Shown here piece after piece: positions 9,888 to 16,649 of a stretch of 32,000 bases of DNA. The stretch's first letter is position 1; each line of letters starts with the position of its first letter. Under the pieces are notes generated by a model. The model was given only the letters and a program-made list of their open reading frames with translations. It did no database searches and had not been told where the DNA came from. A program made the position numbers and the translations under genes. The stretch is from positions 420,001 through 452,000 of the forward strand of contig NZ_CP007496.1 of the NCBI RefSeq assembly GCF_000803625.1, given 5' to 3'. Source of the DNA: Candidatus Nanosynbacter lyticus. GTDB lineage: Bacteria > Patescibacteriota > Saccharimonadia > Saccharimonadales > Saccharimonadaceae.

Positions 9888-9925
9888 TTAGTACTTTCTC
9901 ATTGTATTAAAAATTTTTAATTTTG

Positions 9926-10384
9926 TCAATTTAATTTCTTCCGCCATAAAGACAAACGTCCATTAGTGGCTGGAGCTACGCACTTAAAGCCAATTTGTTG
10001 GTAAAATCCTTCAGCAGATCGCAGAGATTCCAGTTCCATAATGCGCGCGATTGGAAATTCACCGCCCAAAGCCTCAATTGCCATTCGTCCAATTCCACGT
10101 TTACGCATCTCTTCTTTGACAAAAAGATCTTCTACTGTGATCTTATCTCCATCGAAACAGACAGTCATAAGCCCAGATGATGATTCCTTGCCCGGAACAT
10201 CAATAGAAAAAACATCGCTACAATAATAGGCGCCCATGCCTGCCACATAAGACGCTAGTTCTTTCTTTGGGCAATCTCCTACAGAAGAGCATCCTAATAT
10301 AAACTCAAGATAAGCCGAAACAGCACGATCTAATGCTATGTCATCATTTACAGACAACTTGGTTAAATTTACTTCAGGATTCAC
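9926..10384 (-). CDS. GNAT-family N-acetyltransferase
   Basis: Acetyl-CoA binding motif A in the C-terminal half (VKEEMRKRGIGRMAIEAL), followed by FYQQIGF. GTG start. Confidence 0.7.
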   Translation of the reverse strand: MNPEVNLTKLSVNDDIALDRAVSAYLEFILGCSSVGDCPKKELASYVAGMGAYYCSDVFSIDVPGKESSSGLMTVCFDGDKITVEDLFVKEEMRKRGIGRMAIEALGGEFPIARIMELESLRSAEGFYQQIGFKCVAPATNGRLSLWRKKLN

Positions 10385-10390
10385 TCTGAA

Positions 10391-10419
10391 ACTTTAACAT
10401 AAAAAATATGTTTTGTCAA
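10391..10419 (-). promoter_or_regulatory. promoter of the GNAT gene; predicts a leaderless mRNA
   Basis: On the minus strand: TTGACA (10419-10414), 17-nt spacer, TAAAGT (10396-10391), 6 nt (ttcaga), GTG at 10384. The -35 overlaps the stop codon of the upstream nuclease gene. Confidence 0.45.
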
Positions 10420-11108
10420 TTTACTTCAGCACACTTTTCCAAAATACTCGACATTGCGCTTTTTTCTGCTTCTGTCACCCATAATCGATACCGTCGCTTT
10501 ACCGCTATCTGGCGCACTACATACTGACAGCGAAATGGCTTATTGCTCGGCAGCCAAGTTGCTGTATCACCATCACCCTTGGCTTGGTTGGCTGGGCCGT
10601 CGACAGCTAATAGATTCAGCGGGTCGTTTGCCAACTTTTCCCGCTCCTCCGCTGACAATTGTTGCGCACCTTTTTGCCAAGCGTCACTCAATGCCACCAC
10701 ATGGTCAATCTGCACTTTAGAACTCGATTTCTCACCACGCTGAAAATGAATAATTTGTCCCGTATAAGGGTCATTAAGTATACCTGACAAAACTCGACAT
10801 TTTTCATCAATCTTCTCATCAGTTAAATCCCGCGCTAAAATCACCTCGCGGACCGAACAGTCATTAATTTTACCCCAGCCATTACCAAACTGCTTACGCG
10901 TATAGCCGGTTTTTGGCGCACGCCCCTTGACTTCCAATTTTCCCAACTCCGCCTTCGCGTTTGAATCGCCAAATAATTCTCGTTGCGTTGATGTTTTGAT
11001 TGTCTGAGTTTCTGGTTGAGCAATTTGTGAAGCCCAAACTCCCGCACCGGCCACCACCACTATAAATATGACTATCACTTGTCGACGCCATATTTTATTC
11101 ACCCTCAT
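10416..11108 (-). CDS. secreted or membrane-anchored DUF1524/HNH (His-Me finger) nuclease
   Basis: N-terminal signal/anchor (VIVIFIVVVAGAGVWA). The family signature is QIDHVVALSDAWQKGA ... NLLAVDGPANQAKGDGDTATWLP ... CQYV, as in the GmrSD-C/DUF1524 extracellular nucleases of Gram-positives. Confidence 0.75.
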   Translation of the reverse strand: MRVNKIWRRQVIVIFIVVVAGAGVWASQIAQPETQTIKTSTQRELFGDSNAKAELGKLEVKGRAPKTGYTRKQFGNGWGKINDCSVREVILARDLTDEKIDEKCRVLSGILNDPYTGQIIHFQRGEKSSSKVQIDHVVALSDAWQKGAQQLSAEEREKLANDPLNLLAVDGPANQAKGDGDTATWLPSNKPFRCQYVVRQIAVKRRYRLWVTEAEKSAMSSILEKCAEVN

Positions 11109-11114
11109 GGCTGT

Positions 11115-11122
11115 ATTATAAT
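11115..11122. promoter_or_regulatory. palindromic ATTATAAT providing overlapping -10 boxes for two divergent genes predicted to be leaderless
   Basis: The plus-strand TATAAT (11117-11122) is 6 nt before the pepN ATG at 11129. The minus-strand TATAAT (11120-11115) is 6 nt before the nuclease ATG at 11108. Confidence 0.5.
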
Positions 11123-11128
11123 AAAACC

Positions 11129-13642
11129 ATGACTAAAGTTCCACGCCTACTCGACACATTTATACCAGACCACTACACATTAACCATCGATTTGACTCGC
11201 GCCGAAGAGAACGCCTTTTCTGGCAAAGTTGTCATTTCTGGCGAATCAACTAGCGAATCAATTTCGCTACACGCCAAAGATTTAACTATTCACTCGGTGC
11301 TAATTGACGACCAACCAGCTGAATTTTCTCACGGAGAGTTTGATGAACTGCGCTTATCGCAATCAGATTTGGCCGCCGGTAAGCATACCATATCAATTGA
11401 TTTTTCCGGAACTATCACCGATTCCATGCACGGATTATACCCTTGCTATTTCACACACGACGGCGTTAAAAAACAGCTGTTTGCCACCCAATTTGAATCA
11501 CACCACGCCCGCGAAGTTTTTCCGTGTGTTGATGAACCAGCCGCCAAAGCGACCTATGACGTAACACTGAAAACTGCGCCGGACTTGACCGTCCTTGGTA
11601 ATATGCCCATCACTGAATCATCTGAAAAGGGTGGCGCGCTGACAACCACATTTGCAACCACGCCGCGGATGAGTAGCTACCTCCTAGCCTTTGTCGTCGG
11701 CGAACTACACAAGAAAACTGCTCACACTAACTCCGGCGTCGAAGTCAATGTTTGGGCGACGTCAGCCCAAAGTGATGAGACGCTGGATTTTGCGCTGGAC
11801 ATTGCTACTCGCTCCATTGATTTTTATGATGAGTACTTTGGCGTGCCGTATCCACTGCCAAAGTCTGACCACGTGGCACTGCCAGATTTCTCGTCTGGTG
11901 CCATGGAAAATTGGGGACTCATCACCTACCGCGAAAGTTGTTTGCTGGCTGACCCAAAATTAACGCCAGAATCGTCCAGACGCTTCATCGCCACGGTCAT
12001 CGCTCACGAGCTCAGCCATCAATGGTTTGGTAATCTGGTGACCATGCAGTGGTGGAATGACCTGTGGCTGAACGAAAGTTTCGCCAATATGATGGAATAC
12101 GTGGCGGTCGACGCGCTACACCCTGAATGGCGGATGTGGGAGGAATTTGCGACGGGCGAAGTCACCGCAGCGCTGCGGCGCGACAGCCTGGACGGCGTGC
12201 AGCCAGTGCAAGCCGACGTTAATCACCCGGACGAGATTAGTACACTGTTTGACCCAGCAATTGTCTATGCTAAAGGCGGGCGGCTGCTGGTCATGGTGCG
12301 GCGGCTCATCGGCGAGGAGGCGTTTCGTGCAGGACTAAAATCATATTTTGAGAAATTTGCTTACCAAAATACCGTTGGCGATGATTTGTGGCAGGAGCTA
12401 GAAACTGCCAGCGGTCAGCCAATTATTAGTCTAATGAACACCTGGATTTCCCAGCCGGGACTGCCGATTGTACAGGTCGAGCAGGATAATTCTGGCGAGC
12501 AACCCGCCGCCACCCTCCGCCAACAGCGCTTTTTCATCGGCGATCATCAGCCATCCAACACATTATGGCCGATTCCACTTTTCGCCAATCAACCACTTGA
12601 CGTAAAAATTCTGGATCAAGAAGAAATAACCATTTCCACCAAAAAACCATTGCAATTAAACTGTGGGTTAAGCGCTCATTTTGTCACTAAATATGACGAA
12701 TCAACTCGTAACAATCTCCTGAAAAACATCCGTGCCTTACCGACTTTAGATAAGATTTGTATTCTACAAGACGCCACCATACTGGCTCGCGCTGGATGTG
12801 AAAGTTCAGCCTGGCTTCTTCCGTTAGCGCTATCCCTAAAAACCGAAAATAATGAAAAAGTTTTCAATATGGCAGCTCGAGCCCTAGCAGAATTACGAAA
12901 ATTTGTTGACGATGACGATATTGCCCGCAATCGTCTAAAACAAATATCTGGCGATTTTGGGCGCGCCACATTCGAGGAATTAGGCTGGGATGAAAAAGTT
13001 GGCGAGTCCGACGACGACCACGAACGGCGCGTCACAGCCTTAGGCTTAATGATCTATAGTGAAAATCAAGAAATTCTACATGAGGCAAAAATCCGTTTTG
13101 ACAACAATAAATTAGAAAAATTACCGACAGAAATTCGCTCTCTGATTATTAGTGCCAATGTTCGACATTTTGAGACTCCAGAAATGATAGACAATCTCTT
13201 TACGATATATAAAGATACGCCATCAAATGACCTACAGGATGACATTGCCGTAGGTCTTACCTCCACACAAAACACAGAAACCGCCAAAAAGATTCTTGAA
13301 AATCTTAAAGATGCCAACATTATTCGCCCACAAGATGCCAGCCGTTGGTTTGTCTATTTAATTCGCACTCGAGAGAATCGCCAAATTGCCTGGAATTGGC
13401 TGAAGGAAAATTGGGCGTGGGTCGAGGATAAGTTTGGTGACGATAAAAGCTACGACGATTTTATTCGCTATGCAGCCACAGCTCTACTGACAAACGACGA
13501 ACTTAACGATTTCCGACAGTTCTTTGAGCCGATGGAAAATATTCCAGCCCTCGCCAGAACAATTAAGCTGGGAATTACCGAAATATCAGCACGGGTTGAG
13601 TTGATTGAGCGAGATAAAGAAGCTGTTATTTTCTCTTTGTAG
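11129..13642 (+). CDS. pepN: aminopeptidase N (M1 family zinc metallopeptidase)
   Basis: GAMEN exopeptidase motif (SSGAMENWG) and zinc site HELSHQWFGNLVTMQWWNDLWLNESFA (HExxH-x18-E). 837 aa, with an ERAP1-like helical C-terminal domain. Confidence 0.93.
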   Translation: MTKVPRLLDTFIPDHYTLTIDLTRAEENAFSGKVVISGESTSESISLHAKDLTIHSVLIDDQPAEFSHGEFDELRLSQSDLAAGKHTISIDFSGTITDSMHGLYPCYFTHDGVKKQLFATQFESHHAREVFPCVDEPAAKATYDVTLKTAPDLTVLGNMPITESSEKGGALTTTFATTPRMSSYLLAFVVGELHKKTAHTNSGVEVNVWATSAQSDETLDFALDIATRSIDFYDEYFGVPYPLPKSDHVALPDFSSGAMENWGLITYRESCLLADPKLTPESSRRFIATVIAHELSHQWFGNLVTMQWWNDLWLNESFANMMEYVAVDALHPEWRMWEEFATGEVTAALRRDSLDGVQPVQADVNHPDEISTLFDPAIVYAKGGRLLVMVRRLIGEEAFRAGLKSYFEKFAYQNTVGDDLWQELETASGQPIISLMNTWISQPGLPIVQVEQDNSGEQPAATLRQQRFFIGDHQPSNTLWPIPLFANQPLDVKILDQEEITISTKKPLQLNCGLSAHFVTKYDESTRNNLLKNIRALPTLDKICILQDATILARAGCESSAWLLPLALSLKTENNEKVFNMAARALAELRKFVDDDDIARNRLKQISGDFGRATFEELGWDEKVGESDDDHERRVTALGLMIYSENQEILHEAKIRFDNNKLEKLPTEIRSLIISANVRHFETPEMIDNLFTIYKDTPSNDLQDDIAVGLTSTQNTETAKKILENLKDANIIRPQDASRWFVYLIRTRENRQIAWNWLKENWAWVEDKFGDDKSYDDFIRYAATALLTNDELNDFRQFFEPMENIPALARTIKLGITEISARVELIERDKEAVIFSL

Positions 13643-13644
13643 AT

Positions 13645-13656
13645 AATAGCCTATTC
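13645..13656. repeat. left copy of a 12-nt direct repeat (AATAGCCTATTC)
   Basis: It matches 14422-14433 (AATAGCCTACTC) at 11 of 12 positions. The two copies bracket the 219-aa ORFan and its promoter. Confidence 0.5.
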
Positions 13657-13659
13657 AGA

Positions 13660-14319
13660 CTAACGCCAAGCGTTTTGTGTGTTCTGTCTACGTCGATTTT
13701 CTTCCATGTACTCCGCAATATCAATTAATTTTTTAGCACGAGCCCTTAAGGAGGCCGCATTAGTAGGGTACTCTGTCTTGATAATTTCCTCAATAGGACT
13801 CTGATCTCGGCTAGAGTCAGGGATACTAGAATAGGTACCGAACGGAAAGATTTCTACTGTGCGTGACGGAAAAAATCTCCGATAATCACCAAACCCAGTA
13901 AGCCTCTTGGCACCCCTAGACTGGTCAAGTTCTTTAATTTGAGCAGTTTTATCAACTTTAATTCTTACCGTAAAATCAGCATCTTTAGGACCACCTATAG
14001 GTTGACGACGAATATCATCGCCAGGAAAAACATAATTAAAGGAATATAGCGGAACTGAACTCTCTGGAATTTCCTCCTTTATCGGCCCGTCGCAGTCTTC
14101 TATAATCTTCTTTGCCATATCAGCAACAGACCCTTCTTCTAGCTTTGTTCCATCAGAGATAATGCCGAGTTTTTCTGACTCTTTTTTAGCCCAGGGCTTA
14201 TAAGGATGATCTTCATCATCGACAATTACAACCATATCAGCAACTATCCGCGCAGCTAACATTGCGCGACATCGGTCAAACAAAGGACACTCCTCACAAT
14301 TAGGACCGACCAGCGACAC
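13660..14319 (-). CDS. hypothetical protein (219 aa), ORFan-like, no recognisable domain
   Basis: Long ORF with a GTG start placed 6 nt after a promoter-like element. N-terminal CEECPLFDRC. Two sampled 60-nt lines give lower G+C (22/60 and 23/60) than a sampled pepN line (37/60). Confidence 0.55.
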   Translation of the reverse strand: MSLVGPNCEECPLFDRCRAMLAARIVADMVVIVDDEDHPYKPWAKKESEKLGIISDGTKLEEGSVADMAKKIIEDCDGPIKEEIPESSVPLYSFNYVFPGDDIRRQPIGGPKDADFTVRIKVDKTAQIKELDQSRGAKRLTGFGDYRRFFPSRTVEIFPFGTYSSIPDSSRDQSPIEEIIKTEYPTNAASLRARAKKLIDIAEYMEENRRRQNTQNAWR

Positions 14320-14325
14320 TAACTT

Positions 14326-14354
14326 ATCTGAATGATTCGATTCACTTTTGTCAA
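14326..14354 (-). promoter_or_regulatory. promoter of the 219-aa ORFan; predicts a leaderless mRNA
   Basis: On the minus strand: TTGACA (14354-14349), 17-nt spacer, TCAGAT (14331-14326), 6 nt (aagtta), GTG at 14319. Confidence 0.4.
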
Positions 14355-14421
14355 GTTTTATATTACAAAATAAGACTCGTCGTCATAAAAGTAGTGATAT
14401 AGCAAGTATGTATTGACAGCA

Positions 14422-14433
14422 AATAGCCTACTC
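14422..14433. repeat. right copy of the 12-nt direct repeat (AATAGCCTACTC)
   Basis: It contains the stop codon of rnhB-yraN (cta at 14428-14430). Confidence 0.5.
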
Positions 14434-15414
14434 CAAAGCCACACAATCTTTAACTACAGGCGGATTTCCATCAACAGAAATTGCCAGCATTTGCATATCA
14501 CAGCTTTCATACTGCGGATTTTTGGCAATGAATATTCCAGCAGCAAAACGCATTTGTTGCTGTTTTTTATTTGTAATTGCCGCCAAGCCATCGCCGAAAT
14601 TATCATTTTTCCGATATTTGACCTCTGTAAAATACAAAACTTTATCCTTTTTGCTGACAATATCAATCTCACAGTACCGCGTCCGCCAATTGCGAGCGAT
14701 AATCTCATGACCGTCCGCCACTAGCCAGTCCGCGGCCGTCTGTTCACCTTTGTTGCCAATTTGACGCGTCGTGTCTTTTTGTTGGCTTTTAGACTCTTCC
14801 TCAGACGCATTTTGCGAATTCGACTCAACACCAGCATATTTAGCAAGCGGCGCAAAACTCAGCCGATGTAGCGGCGTCACACCCAGCCGCTTAATCGCTG
14901 CACGGTGCTTTGGCACGCCATAGCCAACGTGCGAAGAAAAATCATATCCCGGATAAATATCATCCTGCTCGGCCATAAATTTATCACGCGCAACCTTTGC
15001 GATAATCGACGCCGCCGAAACGCTCGGAATCAAACCATCAGCCTTTGCTATCATAGTCACATATTTCTCCAGCGGCGTACCTGCCAAAAAATTAACCGTC
15101 CCATCGATGATAATCTCATCAAACGTCGAGCCATTTTTCTGACATTTAGCTTGGATTTCTTTAACTGCGCGCCGAGTTGCCAATTTAAGCGCCTCGCTCA
15201 TTCCTATCTCGTCCAGCTCCTTAGCAGAAACCCAGCCGAGAGCCCAAGACGACGCCTGCTCACGAATCGCCACATCCAATCCTTCACGGCGCTTTTTAGT
15301 CAATTTTTTACTATCATCAAGTCCTTCAATTTCAGCGCCACCCAAAACCACGGCACCAATCACCAACGGCCCCGCCCATGCGCCACGACCAACTTCGTCA
15401 ATCCCTAGAGTCAC
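14428..15414 (-). CDS. rnhB: RNase HII fused to a YraN/UPF0102-type endonuclease domain
   Basis: aa 1-195 are RNase HII (GIDEVGRGAWAGPLVIGAVVL, DSKKLTKKRRE, IIIDG, ASIIAKVARD). aa 196-217 form an S/E/Q-rich linker. aa 218-328 are YraN-like (GEQTAADWLVADGHEIIARNWRTRYCEIDIVSKKDKVLYFTEVKYRKN..FG). GTG start. Confidence 0.88.
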   Translation of the reverse strand: MTLGIDEVGRGAWAGPLVIGAVVLGGAEIEGLDDSKKLTKKRREGLDVAIREQASSWALGWVSAKELDEIGMSEALKLATRRAVKEIQAKCQKNGSTFDEIIIDGTVNFLAGTPLEKYVTMIAKADGLIPSVSAASIIAKVARDKFMAEQDDIYPGYDFSSHVGYGVPKHRAAIKRLGVTPLHRLSFAPLAKYAGVESNSQNASEEESKSQQKDTTRQIGNKGEQTAADWLVADGHEIIARNWRTRYCEIDIVSKKDKVLYFTEVKYRKNDNFGDGLAAITNKKQQQMRFAAGIFIAKNPQYESCDMQMLAISVDGNPPVVKDCVALE

Positions 15415-15895
15415 CCGACAGTCTTCCCTTTTTTGTCATAAAATCCGCAATGAGCCAGCCAATCCACACTGCTGACGCTCCCAATGTATTTGCCAAAATA
15501 TCCCAATTGGTATCATCCAGTGTAATACTAGCCAAACCAAATTTGACCATAAATAATTCCGCCAGCTCATTGATGCAGCCGAGTGCTGACACGAGAGCAA
15601 ACAGCGAAAACGCCATCACTAGCCAGCGCGACCGCCAACGCATCACCAACACCAAATATATCCATAGCAATCCCGTAAACAATCCGCCGCCAACGAAATG
15701 CGTGGTAAAACTGGTGTCTCGCCCGCCAATTAACGGAGACGGCAAATACCAGGAAATGAAAAATAATACGCAAGCCAAGCATAATATCCAGCGATATTTT
15801 TTCTCAACATTAAAGCCATTTTTTCTCAAAACGTAAGGAACTATCACCGACAAAGCTATTGGTACGAAAACAGAAATGTAGTGGAATATTTCCAT
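15398..15895 (-). CDS. hypothetical polytopic membrane protein (165 aa)
   Basis: Four to five hydrophobic helices. Its ATG is preceded by TGATATAAT plus 6 nt. Its 3' end overlaps the rnhB start by 17 nt. Confidence 0.7.
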   Translation of the reverse strand: MEIFHYISVFVPIALSVIVPYVLRKNGFNVEKKYRWILCLACVLFFISWYLPSPLIGGRDTSFTTHFVGGGLFTGLLWIYLVLVMRWRSRWLVMAFSLFALVSALGCINELAELFMVKFGLASITLDDTNWDILANTLGASAVWIGWLIADFMTKKGRLSGDSRD

Positions 15896-15901
15896 ATTAA
15901 A

Positions 15902-15910
15902 ATTATATCA
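15902..15910 (-). promoter_or_regulatory. extended -10 promoter of the 165-aa membrane protein gene; predicts a leaderless mRNA
   Basis: The minus strand reads TGATATAAT, then tttaat (6 nt), then the ATG at 15895. It sits immediately after the rplS terminator U-tract. Confidence 0.5.
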
Positions 15911-15913
15911 CGA

Positions 15914-15942
15914 TAAAAAACCGCCTCTGATAAAGAGACGGT
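15914..15942 (-). terminator. rho-independent terminator of rplS
   Basis: The minus-strand RNA reads ACCGUCUCU-UUAUC-AGAGGCGGU (9-bp stem with one G-U pair), followed by UUUUUUAU. Confidence 0.75.
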
Positions 15943-15964
15943 TTTAGCAATTCGTTTATATAAA

Positions 15965-16486
15965 CTATGCGTCTTTGTGACGAGCCTCTACTTCAGCAGC
16001 CTTGGCGTCAAGTTCTGCCTGAGCGGCGTCTTTTTCAGCCTGCTTGGCAGCGGCAGCCTGTGCAGCTTCTTCTTTCAGGCGTTCAGCTTCCGCTTCAGCC
16101 TTGGCATCATGCACGTTATTGACAGCCACACGGTCAAAGCTTTTGGCAGTTAAGCGAGCTGACTTACCAGAACGCTTACGTAGGAAGCTGAGGAACTTAC
16201 GGCGGACCTTAGCACGGCGAACAATTTCCACTTTCTCAATCAGTGGGCTGTGCAGCAAGAATGATTTTTCCACGCCGACACCTGACGCAATCTTACGAAC
16301 GGTGATGCGTGAGGTGTGCGAGCCTTTGTTGTCAGTGCGAATAACCACACCTTCAAACATCTGGATACGCTCTTTGTTACCTTCTTTAATCTTTTGATAT
16401 ACACGAACGGTGTCACCGCTACGGGCGTCAACAACTGCTTGCTTTTTCTGTGCTTGATTGACTTTGTTGATTAACTCAAAACTCAT
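15965..16486 (-). CDS. rplS: 50S ribosomal protein L19 with a ~58-aa Ala/Glu/Lys-rich C-terminal extension
   Basis: The core VRVYQKIKEGNKERIQMFEGVVIRTDNKGSHTSRITVRKIASGVGVEKSFLLHSPLIEKVEIVRRAKVRRKFLSFLR is canonical L19. It is 173 aa, compared with roughly 115 aa usually. Confidence 0.93.
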   Translation of the reverse strand: MSFELINKVNQAQKKQAVVDARSGDTVRVYQKIKEGNKERIQMFEGVVIRTDNKGSHTSRITVRKIASGVGVEKSFLLHSPLIEKVEIVRRAKVRRKFLSFLRKRSGKSARLTAKSFDRVAVNNVHDAKAEAEAERLKEEAAQAAAAKQAEKDAAQAELDAKAAEVEARHKDA

Positions 16487-16592
16487 AATATTTCCTATCT
16501 TTCGAACTCACTTTGACGGGCCACGCAGTTGTACCTCTGCGGCTCCACACCAAATAAGACTCGAATATTTAACTCTCGTACAATTACCTACG

Positions 16593-16621
16593 ATAATAAC
16601 ACAAATACATAGAAATATCAA
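16593..16621 (-). promoter_or_regulatory. candidate rplS promoter, giving a ~100-nt 5' UTR
   Basis: On the minus strand: TTGATA (16621-16616), 17-nt spacer, TGtTATTAT (-10 at 16598-16593). The predicted TSS is near 16585. Confidence 0.45.
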
Positions 16622-16637
16622 TTGTATAAAATTGGAG

Positions 16638-16643
16638 TATAAT
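16638..16643 (+). promoter_or_regulatory. -10 box of the malic enzyme gene; predicts a leaderless mRNA
   Basis: TATAAT (16638-16643), 6 nt (atagat), ATG at 16650. Confidence 0.45.
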
Positions 16644-16649
16644 ATAGAT

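Noticed and set aside
13662-13680. AACGC-caa-GCGTT followed by TTTGTGTGTT could be a pepN terminator.
   Set aside because: A 5-bp stem with a 3-nt loop is too weak to call, and it may simply reflect the coding sequence of the convergent ORFan.
16458-16649. A 64-aa N-terminal extension of the malic enzyme ORF appears in the ORF track (start at 16458).
   Set aside because: The extension overlaps the rplS start and the rplS leader and promoter region, and it has no resemblance to malic enzymes. It also precedes a clean TATAAT-6 nt-ATG at 16650, where the conserved sequence MDYNKLALELHEKYKGK begins.
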